A DNA stretch of 64,000 nucleotides from Bugula neritina. Its lineage: Eukaryota; Animalia; Bryozoa. The notes beneath the pieces were generated by a model. It saw only the letters and a program-made list of their open reading frames with translations. It searched no databases and was not told the origin of the DNA. Made by a program: the position numbers and the translations under genes. Positions 24,664 to 35,600 of the stretch are shown here, in pieces. Each line of letters opens with the position of its first letter. Positions within the stretch are counted from its first letter, which is position 1. Location: contig OZ037766.1 in the NCBI GenBank assembly GCA_964035545.1, positions 4,764,722-4,828,721 on the forward strand. Reading direction: 5' to 3'.

Positions 24664-25565
24664 CCCTGATTTAGGAAGGGACAATATCGGCGGAAATGTC
24701 CTTGATTTCCGCACTCCCAGCAAAAACTGACTGTTTCTCCCTGTGGCGGCGCCGATGGCCGCATGGGCTCAGGGGCGGTACTCACTGGGTTTTGTGGTGT
24801 CAGTGTTGCTATCAGCTTGGCTAGCATGTCCGTCAGTTGAGTGACTTTTGATGCCGTCGCCAACTGGGACACGGCAGCCGCGGCGGGGGTTTCCTCCCCT
24901 TGTCCCGCGGCCGTGTCTGCGCGGTCTATCTCCACTTGGCGGGAGCTTCCGCGACTTTTATGCATTTGGTTAGCTAGGAGGTAAGCTTCCCCCTCAGTCA
25001 GAGCATCTTCAACGGTGGTGACTCCCCTAGCTAGAAACTGGTGATGGAGACCCAGATCGTCGACAGATGCTATGAAAGCGTCGAGGGTGTACCTCTCGCG
25101 GTTGACTGGGGGCAAGTCGCTGTACGCGATCTGTGCCAGCTTCATGACCGCGGCGGCATGCTCCCGCAGCGGGGTGCGGGGATCACGCCGCAACCTCTGT
25201 AATCTGGCCCTGGCATCTGTAGCAGAGAGGCCAAAGCGGGCCCGCAGAGAAGCAAAGATATTATCAATGTCTACGCCCAGCCCATATGGCTTGGCTTTGT
25301 CCATCAATGCCATTCTAAGCTTCAGCAGGGCCACCCTAGGGGGCCACTGAGCGACGTCCATTACGTCGCTAAACTCTTGGATAAATTGTTCCACCTCCTC
25401 TTCACCCGTGAAGGTGGGCGCCTTTAACCTGTAGCGGTCTTCAGCTAGTTCTCGCGGAACCCTTCGCTCTTCTACTACATGGTTAACAGGCATTGTCTCT
25501 ACAGCATTGTCTCTACGCTCACCTTCGATTGCCGGTGGTTGAGTTCCAGCATTTTCAGTCTCCAT
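24612..25565 (-). CDS. gag: Gag (capsid plus a single CCHC zinc knuckle)
   Basis: 317-aa ORF starting 13 nt after the PBS; contains KAPTFTG..EQFIQEF..W and CWECGNQGHFRRYC. Confidence 0.92.
   Translation of the reverse strand: METENAGTQPPAIEGERRDNAVETMPVNHVVEERRVPRELAEDRYRLKAPTFTGEEEVEQFIQEFSDVMDVAQWPPRVALLKLRMALMDKAKPYGLGVDIDNIFASLRARFGLSATDARARLQRLRRDPRTPLREHAAAVMKLAQIAYSDLPPVNRERYTLDAFIASVDDLGLHHQFLARGVTTVEDALTEGEAYLLANQMHKSRGSSRQVEIDRADTAAGQGEETPAAAAVSQLATASKVTQLTDMLAKLIATLTPQNPVSTAPEPMRPSAPPQGETVSFCWECGNQGHFRRYCPFLNQGLNYRGPQMFPPSAGRR
24619..24663 (-). promoter_or_regulatory. Predicted -1 ribosomal frameshift signal: G_UUA_AAC plus a GC-rich stem-loop
   Basis: GTTAAAC in gag phase at 24657-24663, a 5-nt spacer, then CGGCCCGC (24644-24651) pairing with GCGGGCCG (24619-24626). 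Pol is in the -1 frame. Confidence 0.75.
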
Positions 25566-25577
25566 CTTGGATGCACT

Positions 25578-25595
25578 ATCCCACCGCTGCCACCA
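25578..25595 (-). promoter_or_regulatory. Primer-binding site complementary to the tRNA-Leu 3' end
   Basis: TGGTGGCAGCGGTGGGAT is the complement of ATCCCACCGCTGCCA-CCA, the 3' 18 nt of metazoan tRNA-Leu(AAG/TAG) as recalled from known sequences. Confidence 0.88.
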
Positions 25596-25596
25596 C

Positions 25597-25902
25597 TGTT
25601 ATAGTTTTCAGATTTAGGGTTGATGTGCTATCCAGAGAGTCTATTTATCTAGTATAGAACTGCACCAGGCTAAGTCGAGTGAACGAGTATATTTTATACA
25701 CAACTATACATTACAAAAACACGATACATTATTTCCAACAAGTTACACATCTAATCTATTTCATACTCTAGCTTCGACTGAGTTAGCAGCGGGAAACTAC
25801 AATTGCTGCTAACTATCAACTACGCTAATTGGCTATCCATTGTTCCGGGTCAATTACGCGACCCTACATGTTGTGCTGCTGGTAGTTCCACGAACCACCA
25901 CA
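25597..25902 (-). repeat. 5' LTR (306 bp)
   Basis: Direct repeat of 18400-18705. On the minus strand it is followed after 1 nt by the PBS. Confidence 0.96.
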
Positions 25903-26616
25903 GTATACTGTCAAAAAGATAAACACTTTAATAAAATGAAATATGTAACAGAAATACATGCTGCTGTTAATACTGTTATTACGTGACATATTAGTTTCAG
26001 CTATCATATAGCAATCTTTATTCTAAGATGAATTTAATTTTTCTTGGTAATTATTCTATGTTATTCTCTGAACAGCTCAAGCTAAAGTATTATAGCACCT
26101 AGAATTCCTGGACATTAATCTTCATCACTTGTCAAAGGAAGGAATCAATGTGTGCTTTAATTTTTTTCTATTGCTTCAAAAATGGCAAACAGAGTAATTT
26201 TAGAATCAACAACAACTTTTTTCTGGTGATAGATTTATATATTAGAAGTGCAGTTTTAGCTGAAACATTCCAAGTTGTCTACTCATGGTAGTAGATGTAC
26301 ATTTTGACAGGCCACGGCCTCTGTTATTGTTATTACACGCATGAATAACCTTGGTGCATTTCATTGAGCAGTGTTGTTATCAAAGCGCACATGGCTTTAT
26401 AGGTAGTAGTTGGTTTACACTATTTATCTGTTGTAGATAAAAATTGATTCATCCAACTGGAGATTGTCTAATAACTAATAAGTGTTGACAAAACTAATAA
26501 CTTGTGATAGTCATTATTAAAAAAAGCCTCATGCTTAGTAGAAATAGACTGCGTGATTTACCAGTTGGCATTATTACTGTTAGTATTAGTATTAGAAGCA
26601 TTGCTAAGGAATAAAA

Positions 26617-29600
26617 ATGCCATCAGCTCTGGGGACAATAGTAAAAGATGCAATTGAGATGAGTGTTCGTGGGTATATACCTGGAATCAGCTTTGACTCA
26701 AAGTCACCTTCCTTACATGAAGTAAGTATCTATTCTATATCTCTTAGTAAGATGTTATATTATAGTAAGAAGTGTCTATTCTATATATCTTAGTAAGATG
26801 TTATATTATAGTAGTAAGTGTCTATTCTATATCTCTTATTAAGGTGTTATATAGTCAGTGTCTATTCTATATATCTTAGTAAGATGTTATAATATTATAG
26901 TAAGAAGTGTCTATTCTAAATCTCTTATTAAGGTGTTATATAGTCAGTGTCTATTCTATATCCCTTGGTAAGATGTTACATAGTAGGTGTCTATTCTATA
27001 TTTCCTATTAAAGTCTTCTATCGTAAGTATATATTCTACATTGTTGTTTTGTCGTAGTGAGTTTAGACATTCACTGGCCAGCCTGTTTTTAAGTAACGCC
27101 AGTTTTACTAATGTGTTTTCGTCCTTTATTGAAAACTAGCCATGACTATTTGTCTCCTAAGACCTACAACGTGTGCTAAATAGCTTTGACACTTGATATA
27201 TCCGCCAGGAGAATGAGTACTGTTTTGCTGGGTTGATTAGAATGAGAGGACAAGGGCTAAACTATTAGCTTGGCATAAGAATAATATTATGTCACTATGA
27301 TACTACGCCACATGAAGTAACTGTACATAGAAATTTAATATTTTAATAGCTTGAGTTATTAATTGCAGCACCTATATTTTGAAATTATATTGACAACTGA
27401 GCTTATTATATTAGCAACTCAGCATTATTCTATGAATCAGCACAACGATTTATACGAGTGTGTAAGGTATTAGTTTAATTAGTGAAGATTTTCATGTCAT
27501 TTTTCATGTCCAGTGATGTATCCGTTGATAAAAAATAGACATATAACTAATCACCAACTTTGAGAGTTGCAGTGTATAATATGCAAGGATTCCAAGTGTG
27601 TTTATATTTACTGATTGCCTTGCAGTGTTCACAGAGCTAGAGATTTGTCACAGTCTGCTAAACATTGGTTCTCTATCATATCTACTCATGTGTTCAGTTG
27701 ATTTTTATTATTAAATATATTATGTTGACAAAACAGCTCTCTCTCTATATAAGTTAGTTATTTATATGATGTAATGTATTGTTCAATCAATGTTTTGTAT
27801 TATTTACAAGACTTGATCATGTTTGTATCTAACAGGCAGCAGAAAGAGGGGATGTAGACAGCGTTACTAAACTCTTAACCATAATCTGCCCCAAAGATGG
27901 TTCCATCAACCAACTAAACTCTAGTGGGCTCTCTCCACTCCATATTGCTACCAAGCAAGGTCATTCCAATGTCATCCTAGCCCTCTCTCAACACCCGAAG
28001 TTTGGTATGCCATGTTACAGTTTGTAGTTTGTGTGACAGCTTCATAGCAGCTGTCTAAGCTTTAGCTTTAAATCTTGAAGTGATCACCTCACTTGTAGTT
28101 TGAGACTCAAGAGACATGCACCTTCTTTTTGCATGTTCCGACTAGTTTTAACACTTTACTGCAATATCCCTTGTTTGTCTCACACTCATCTTTACTGAGC
28201 CAGTGATGGATGACCTATAGGTAATTCACTCATGCATTGCAATGCACTGTACACAAGCAACAGTTTATGGATATCCAATAATAGTTTTTTTCTATCACCT
28301 GTTACATATGCAATAATGTCTTTTCTATCACTTGACATGTTACTAAATTTGCCCTCTGTGTAGGTGTTGTACACACATAAGGCAGGCCTTCAATAGAGTA
28401 CTCTGGTCAGAGCTGTGTTATGTTGAAAAAAAATTTGGTGCAAGTATTTCGATCATCAGTAGGTTAGCAAGCTTCAAATAAGCATCATAAACTTACTTAT
28501 AACTGCAAAATTGAAGCAGAAGGCCTTAGTATATTATCTCTATCTTATCTCACTATTTGAGTTATTGTAAACAACTGGTTCATGTATAGATGTAATCATT
28601 GAACTATAACTATAGTTTCAGTTCAGTGGATGTAATATTGTTATATGTATACAAACATGTTCTGCTGCCAGTTTATTGTAGCAGATAAGTAAGAGGTTAG
28701 ATTACTTCTTGATAATATGTCATCATGTCTAACTGTAACTACTCACTTACTATTTGATGCTCAACTTATGATATCAAACACAAAGTATATTTGACCATTG
28801 ACACTACTATGTAACAGCATGTTACTTATTCTTGAATGCTGGTTGCGTGTCTATAAACTCTTATAAACTGCTAACCTACAGTATAGGTATATATAGGGGT
28901 GGATAAGGGTATATAGAACTATAACACTTTGTGATACTAACCCAATACAGATAGAACCAATGAACTGGAAATTTTCTAGTTCAGTGGATAGAACAGGCCG
29001 TGACATCATACATTTGCCATCATCATCTGATTCATGCAGTAATAACAAATAATTCCATGACATGCTGTAAATATTGTAAACTGTAGACATCAATGGGCTA
29101 TGTAAAGATGGCTACGCTGCCCTCCACCTGGCTGTCAAGCATAGAAAGGTGAAGTGTGTGAAGATGCTGCTGGATAGAGGTGCTAACCTAAATGTTCTGG
29201 ATGCCGGAGGTAAAACAGCCCTACATATGGCTGCCAGGAAAGCCAATATAGAGATTGTAAAGGTGTGTTATTCGAGTCTAATATATATTGAGTTATTTAC
29301 TACACAAGTACATGCAACTCTATTTTAGTTAATATTTTTAGTATAGCAATTTCAACTTAATTTGCAAAAACATAAAAAATTGATATAGTTTAAAGAAATG
29401 TATATGTGAATGAATATTGTTAGCTTTTGATGTAAGTTCAAAATTAAGCCTCAGTCCCAGAGTTTAATCAAACTGTTACTGCCCAGTGTAACTAATCACG
29501 ACGTACATAGCAAGCTAAGCTCACCTTCATTTCTGCTCCACCTTCGCAGAACAAACATTTAGTCTACTAACTCTAGCTGTCTTCTCTTCTAGTCTACATG

Positions 29601-32600
29601 CTGCATGGCAAAATAATTTAACCATTCCAGCTATTCTCCCAAATCACTGATCCTAATTGTTTTATCTATTTGTGTCTTAAGAAATTTTAAATGTTTTGAA
29701 ATATAATTTAATTTTAGCTTTGTTGGCATCATATATTCTCTGAAAAATTGAATTATCACTTTTCTGAACACTCTGTCTGTATTCAGAACATTTTCTTCTT
29801 ATTGTTTGTATTCTAAAGAATAACAACAGTAATTGGGAAAGCTTGCCTGCCAATCGACACCAAAAAGGAATGAATTCTATTGTAAACAGTCCTCTGTTTT
29901 ACCTAGCAGTCACTGTATAAAACTGAAAACCTCCATCTGTAACAGCAATATATACTTTAAATTTTTACCTATAAAAGTAAATTTTTCACAGCACTCTTAA
30001 CAAAATTTCATGTAATCAGTACAAAACATTATATTTAGAACAGCTATCTTTGTCAGAGCAATAATGGTTGGAGTGTTTTGGGGTTTGAAAGCACGTAGTA
30101 CATAGTACACCTACTACTACAGTGTAATATTCACATCACATGCTAGTTCAGCTTAGAATAACCTTATCAATATCATAATTTAGACGACAGTCTGATTTAG
30201 CAATAATGGCAATATCACTCCAGTTTCATGTTTATGTTCAACTCTTACGTCTGAAAAGCTGTGCCCCTCAAACTTATAGTGGTAGTCAGGTCTCTAGACA
30301 TGTTTAAATCAAAGGTTTGGGTGTTTGACAAATCTATACAATGTAAAAAATATACTTGATATTGATTATTATTATTCAAGGTAAAATAATACATTCCTTT
30401 CTAAAGAGATACTTGTACCCTCTAGATACCAAACTGGCTTTTATGTTATTTGTTATATTTAAATATAATGCTATTATTCGTTTGAAAAGGTTTACAATTG
30501 AAACTTTAATAGAGCCAATATTTTCTCTCAGCTTGTAAGCAAACTGAATAACTGTAGCTGTGAATTTTAAACAGATGATCATGAAGCAACCTAATGTTAA
30601 TGTTTGCATTGAGGGCAAAGATGAAGCCACCCCTCTTCATGCTGCAGTTAGCAGTGGTTCTTATGAAATAACTAGGATGCTGGTGAGTTTATATGCTGGC
30701 CATTACTTATTAATAAACCTGAACATACTCATAACACTGGAGCTAATGCTTATGGGCCAATGGTATACATTCGTACAATGAATCAGAAAATTATTTTCCA
30801 GTATGGTGTAATTGTAGTCTTTTATTAGTTAAAGTGCTTTATTCAGTGGGTAGAAAACTCCAGAATCTATTGAGATTAAACTTTGGTTCTCCACTTTTGA
30901 GTACTACCATTTTTCATTCTTTGGGTTTGCAAGCTTTTTGTGACTTATTTTGCATACAGTTTAGTTCTCATATTCACACAAGTGATGATGCAATAACTAC
31001 AAATGAAATTAATGGAAATATTCTAGAATAATCACCATGCTGTGTGTTTATTCTTGCCGTGTATTATATAACGCATCTTTATACACATTTAAAGAGCCGA
31101 AGTAATTACAGAAATTAGATTGGTATGAATAAAAGTTGTTCTCTCGCAGTCTTATAAATGTTACTCATATATTAGTTTGCATTTCACATACCTGTAGTTA
31201 AAGGCTGGAGCTAATGTTTACAAACATGACATTGGAAAGCAAACTCCACTCATACTAGCTGCTATAGAGGAGCAAGCAGATGTGTTAAACCTAATAATTG
31301 ATGCAGGTATTCAATAAATTTCTGGCAGCTATTAAATATATGCCAGAATTTACAAATAGCAGCGTCTACATGCTACGGAGGTTAATCTCATTCAGCAGTT
31401 TCAAAGTTTATTCTACTAGCGGTGGAACTGTGATCTTTTTGCTAGACACAAATGCTATAATATAAAGTCAAAATGGTACGGTAGTAAAATATGTTGAAAT
31501 TGTTTATGGTTGTAAGTGAATAGTTTTATTGCAATTTTTGTAAGTTTTATTTGAAAGTTTGTTTTTGTCAAAGTCCTGATTTTCAAAACTTTTTACTTTT
31601 GATAAATTTTGAACTTTAAAAAGTTACTGTGAACTTTCAAAATCCCATATAATGACATCACCTGTTGTAGCTAGTCAGTACCCTGCATTACTTAGTACAT
31701 GATGACATGTCACCTGTTGTAGCTAGTCAGTACTCTGCATTACTTGATACATGATGACACATCACCTGTTGTAGCTAGTCAGTACCCTGCATTACTTGAT
31801 ACATGATGACACATCACCTGTTGTAGCTAGTCAGTACCCTGCATTACTTGATAGTTATATTCATCATAAAGACCACGAAGGATCAACTGCCCTCTACTTG
31901 GCTGTGGTCAACAACCAGTTTGACAATGTGAAGATGTTACTAAATGCAGGAGCGGATGTCAACCATGCAAAGGTAGTTCTATGAGATAGCGATGTTGGTT
32001 GGTACAGTTAATAATGGGCTGGTCAAAAGTTATAGACATTTGTATAAATACAAAATTAAATTTTGTTTCTTTTAATTGTTTTAATTTCTTTTAAAGAATG
32101 GACATTTAATATGTGTAAAACATTATTATAATATAAGAAGTAATTTATAAATGTCATGTGGCTTGGCCATAGAATGGCAAAGTTATTGCTGAAGTCAAGC
32201 AACCATTTTTCCCATTTCTTAATAAGACTATCGTGCAATAAATTAAAGATGACATCAAAAAATTAAATTAAATAATATAGTTTATTATAACTTGGGCTAT
32301 GTATTATTAAAAAAATGGTCAGTGCACCAATGGTGTTTTGAAATTGGAATGGGATTGTAAAATGCCTTTATATAAACCTCATAGGTGTCTGGTCAGGTCT
32401 GCCATATACTCTATACATGTATTACACAAATTGGTTGATGAACACTGATTAGAGGTCACATATGCTCTACTCTAGCTGTGAACTGGCTTCAATGACAGCA
32501 CTAAAGGATCTTGCTTGATTACTTCAAATGCGTTTGGGTTTTTTACCACCCAACAATTTTCATACTATCGAAAAGCTGGATATTTACTAAATCTGATTAG

Positions 32601-35600
32601 TATAAAGACATCTACATTAGCTCCACGATATGCATATATAGCAGAAGGACAAACTTTAAATGTTCTAAGAATGTACCATGTTAGGTCAAATGATACCTCA
32701 GTAATGCTTTTATGCCATCTTTTTTTCCCTACATCATATGATGTATTTTTATATACTGTATAAATCACTATGTTTGTTGAAATCAATAATCCCAAATATT
32801 CTAATCTTCTAAAAGGTAATGAATGACAAAAAATGTTGAAGTGTTTTCAGATTGTATTTAATTATTTATGATAAGCGTGTGAAAAGTTTGTGTATTGTAT
32901 AGTGTGTATATATGTACCTACATTTTTTGTCTGAATTATCTAGGATGATCAGATGACAGCCTTGCACTTTGCTGCAATGTTTGGGTTCCAGGAGATTGCT
33001 TCTCTTCTGATAGAAAAAGGAGCGGATGTGCATTGTGAAACTGACATTAAACAAACCCCGTTACACAAGTAGGTTTCTCACCATTACTTAACTGTTAGGT
33101 ATCACAACAATAAATGATTTGTAGCTTAAATTTGTATCATTCAGTGATAGACAACTTCAATTAGTTGAGGTGGTGGTGTGGTTATCTTGATTTTAAGAAA
33201 CAAATGTTAATGTGGGTGCAATTTGAGTAATAGTTTTTGTTGACTAATCAAAATATCATTATAATATTCTAACAAATTGTAATTAATAATGTTATGGCGA
33301 TGCAACTTAATACTATAGTAAAAGTATTATAGCCTAATCATTATGTACCAAGCAGTTTTAAACACGTTCAAATTTATTTAGGTATTTTAATTCAATTTAG
33401 TAAAAGAAATCGAAGTTTTGCCACTGTAGGCTCATGAATTTACAGATTGTACAATAATTGGCAATATAATAGTATTTGACTTCACAATGATGATCTAAGG
33501 CTAAGATGATTTTAGAGTAATAACAGATTGCATTATAGACTATAGACATGCAAAGCCCCCCTCCTGGGCTAGTATAAGTTGACCTTGTTTTATTTAACGG
33601 AGAGCTAGGAGTTATCCTCTACTGTAAGTTTTATGTGGGTCATTTTACTTAATTTAGTACACACTGGATATTTTCAGTTTTTAGCTATTTTTCACCATTT
33701 AACTGCTAATGGGCATGGGTTTTTTGGCCAAAACTAGTAAAATACCAATAAATACACCTAAATAATCAAAGTTCTTTTTAATTTTGCTTCATTTCTCATG
33801 TTTTTTCCTAATTATTCAGCTACTTTTGGTTGCGGACCGTTACAGCTTTTTCGTAACGGTCCGCACTCCTAAAGAACTAAATATATAAGAAAAAACATGG
33901 GAAATCAAGCAAAATTAGGAAGAACCCTAATTGTTTTGGTGTATTTATTGGTGCTTTACTAGTTTTGGGCAAAAAGCCATGTTCATTACCAGCTAAATTG
34001 TGAAAAATAGCTAAAAACTGAAGATATCCAGCGTGTACTAAATTAAGTAAAATGATCCATCTGTTGTTTCTTTGTAGAGCTGCTCTATATGACAATAAGA
34101 CTGATGTTGCTGAAATATTAATATCTCACGTAAGTTTTAGGAGTTGTGACTCCTGGCTTTTTGTATTTCATTATTATGCTGACTTGACTTAAACAGAGCT
34201 ATGCTGGCCAAAGTTCAAGTTGTTTACTAAACTACGGATTACTTTAATGTAAGTTTTTGAGCTCAATAAATTTACCTCCTAGCCATGCGGTATCATTAAA
34301 ACTAGATGCAGTGTTAAATAGAGTTAGTTACGTAAGGTGCTGTTTATATTGCTATATTTCTCAAGACCTTCCTCATCTAATCGGCTTCATCCTGCACAAG
34401 TAGCCATTTATGTTGCAATATACTAAGCATTTAATAAATTTAGAAAGATTTATACGCCATATATATCAAATTTTATTGCTATGCATGTGTGAAATATATT
34501 TACTAATGTCTTAATGCTTAATTCACTTGTTTCATATTCGTTCTGTGTGAATTTTCTTTTGTTTATTTATTCTAAATACAAGTTTTAGAAATACTGTAGC
34601 TGTTTAATTTTACACATTGTAAACAGGGCATTTATGTGCATTATGAACCACAAGGAAAATGCATGCGTCTGTAAAAAATTTCCTTAAAAGTCAGTAGCTT
34701 CGTAGTAGCTAGTGTAATAATGAGAGGTCTTTAGGAGAATAAATTACAGAGTTTATCAAGCAATCACAGCTTATTTCCCTTTAAATGACCTTGCTAGGGG
34801 GTGGGGGCTAATTTTGGCACCTTCATTATGTTCACAGGCTTCTGCTGGTGTAGTACCGCATGCATGTATGCATATTTCAGGGGGCTGATGTTAATGCTGT
34901 TGACAAACAGGAAATGACGCCATTGCACTGTGCTGTCGGGAAAGCCCAACTAAAGATGACCAAGTTCCTGATCAATCACGGGGCAGCAATAGAACAGGCA
35001 GATATTAAAGGCAGAACTATTCTACATTTTGCTGTTGAAAGTCAGAAATTGGAATGCTTGGAAATGCTTGTAAAAAATATTTCAAAGGTAGCGCTATTAG
35101 CAGTATCACAGCTCTGTACTATTACTTTCTATAAGTTAATACAAGACACAAAAAGCTGTCTACAGTTGTTATATTAGTCTATTACTCTATTTACATCTGT
35201 TGGCATCAAAGTGCAATAAAAATACTAAATAAAATAATGCAAAACATTTTGATAAAATGCTCTATAAGAAAATTCTAGAGCAATTTTGTAAAATCTCTCT
35301 TTTCTTTTAAGTGAGTTAAGTTGTGTTAGAGAAAAAGACTTATTTCTGCTGTGGATTTGCAAGGTGTCATGATGGTGCAGGTCCTATTTCAGCCAAAGAC
35401 ATTCCATACATAATATACGTTAACCCTGTTCTAACTTTCAGAACACACTTTGTGACTTGTGCAACTTTTATATAATTTTTAAATTGTTTCTCATAACATG
35501 TTGGAGTCGTAACCTCCTTGACTTTAAAGCACTGTAGATAACAGTATTCCAATAGTATGGTTGATCTTAGAAAAGAATTTTGAAAACTTTTTTCTGACTG

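Larger units (their letters stand above)
18400..25902 (-). mobile_element. Full-length Ty3/Gypsy LTR retrotransposon, recently inserted
   Basis: Two 306-bp TG..CA LTRs with no mismatch found by eye; 4-bp TSD GTAT (18396-18399 and 25903-25906); PBS and PPT present; domain order gag-PR-RT-RH-IN; extra ORF downstream of pol. Confidence 0.97.

Noticed and set aside
19019-25350. Plus-strand ORFs antisense to the retrotransposon genes (19019-19450, 20258-20785, 25072-25350 and others) and alternative-frame ORF 22508-22840
   Set aside because: Shadow ORFs expected in GC-rich coding DNA; no recognisable motifs.
31648-31852. Regularly spaced repeats as a CRISPR-like array
   Set aside because: The units are contiguous with no unique spacers, and the context is a eukaryotic intron.
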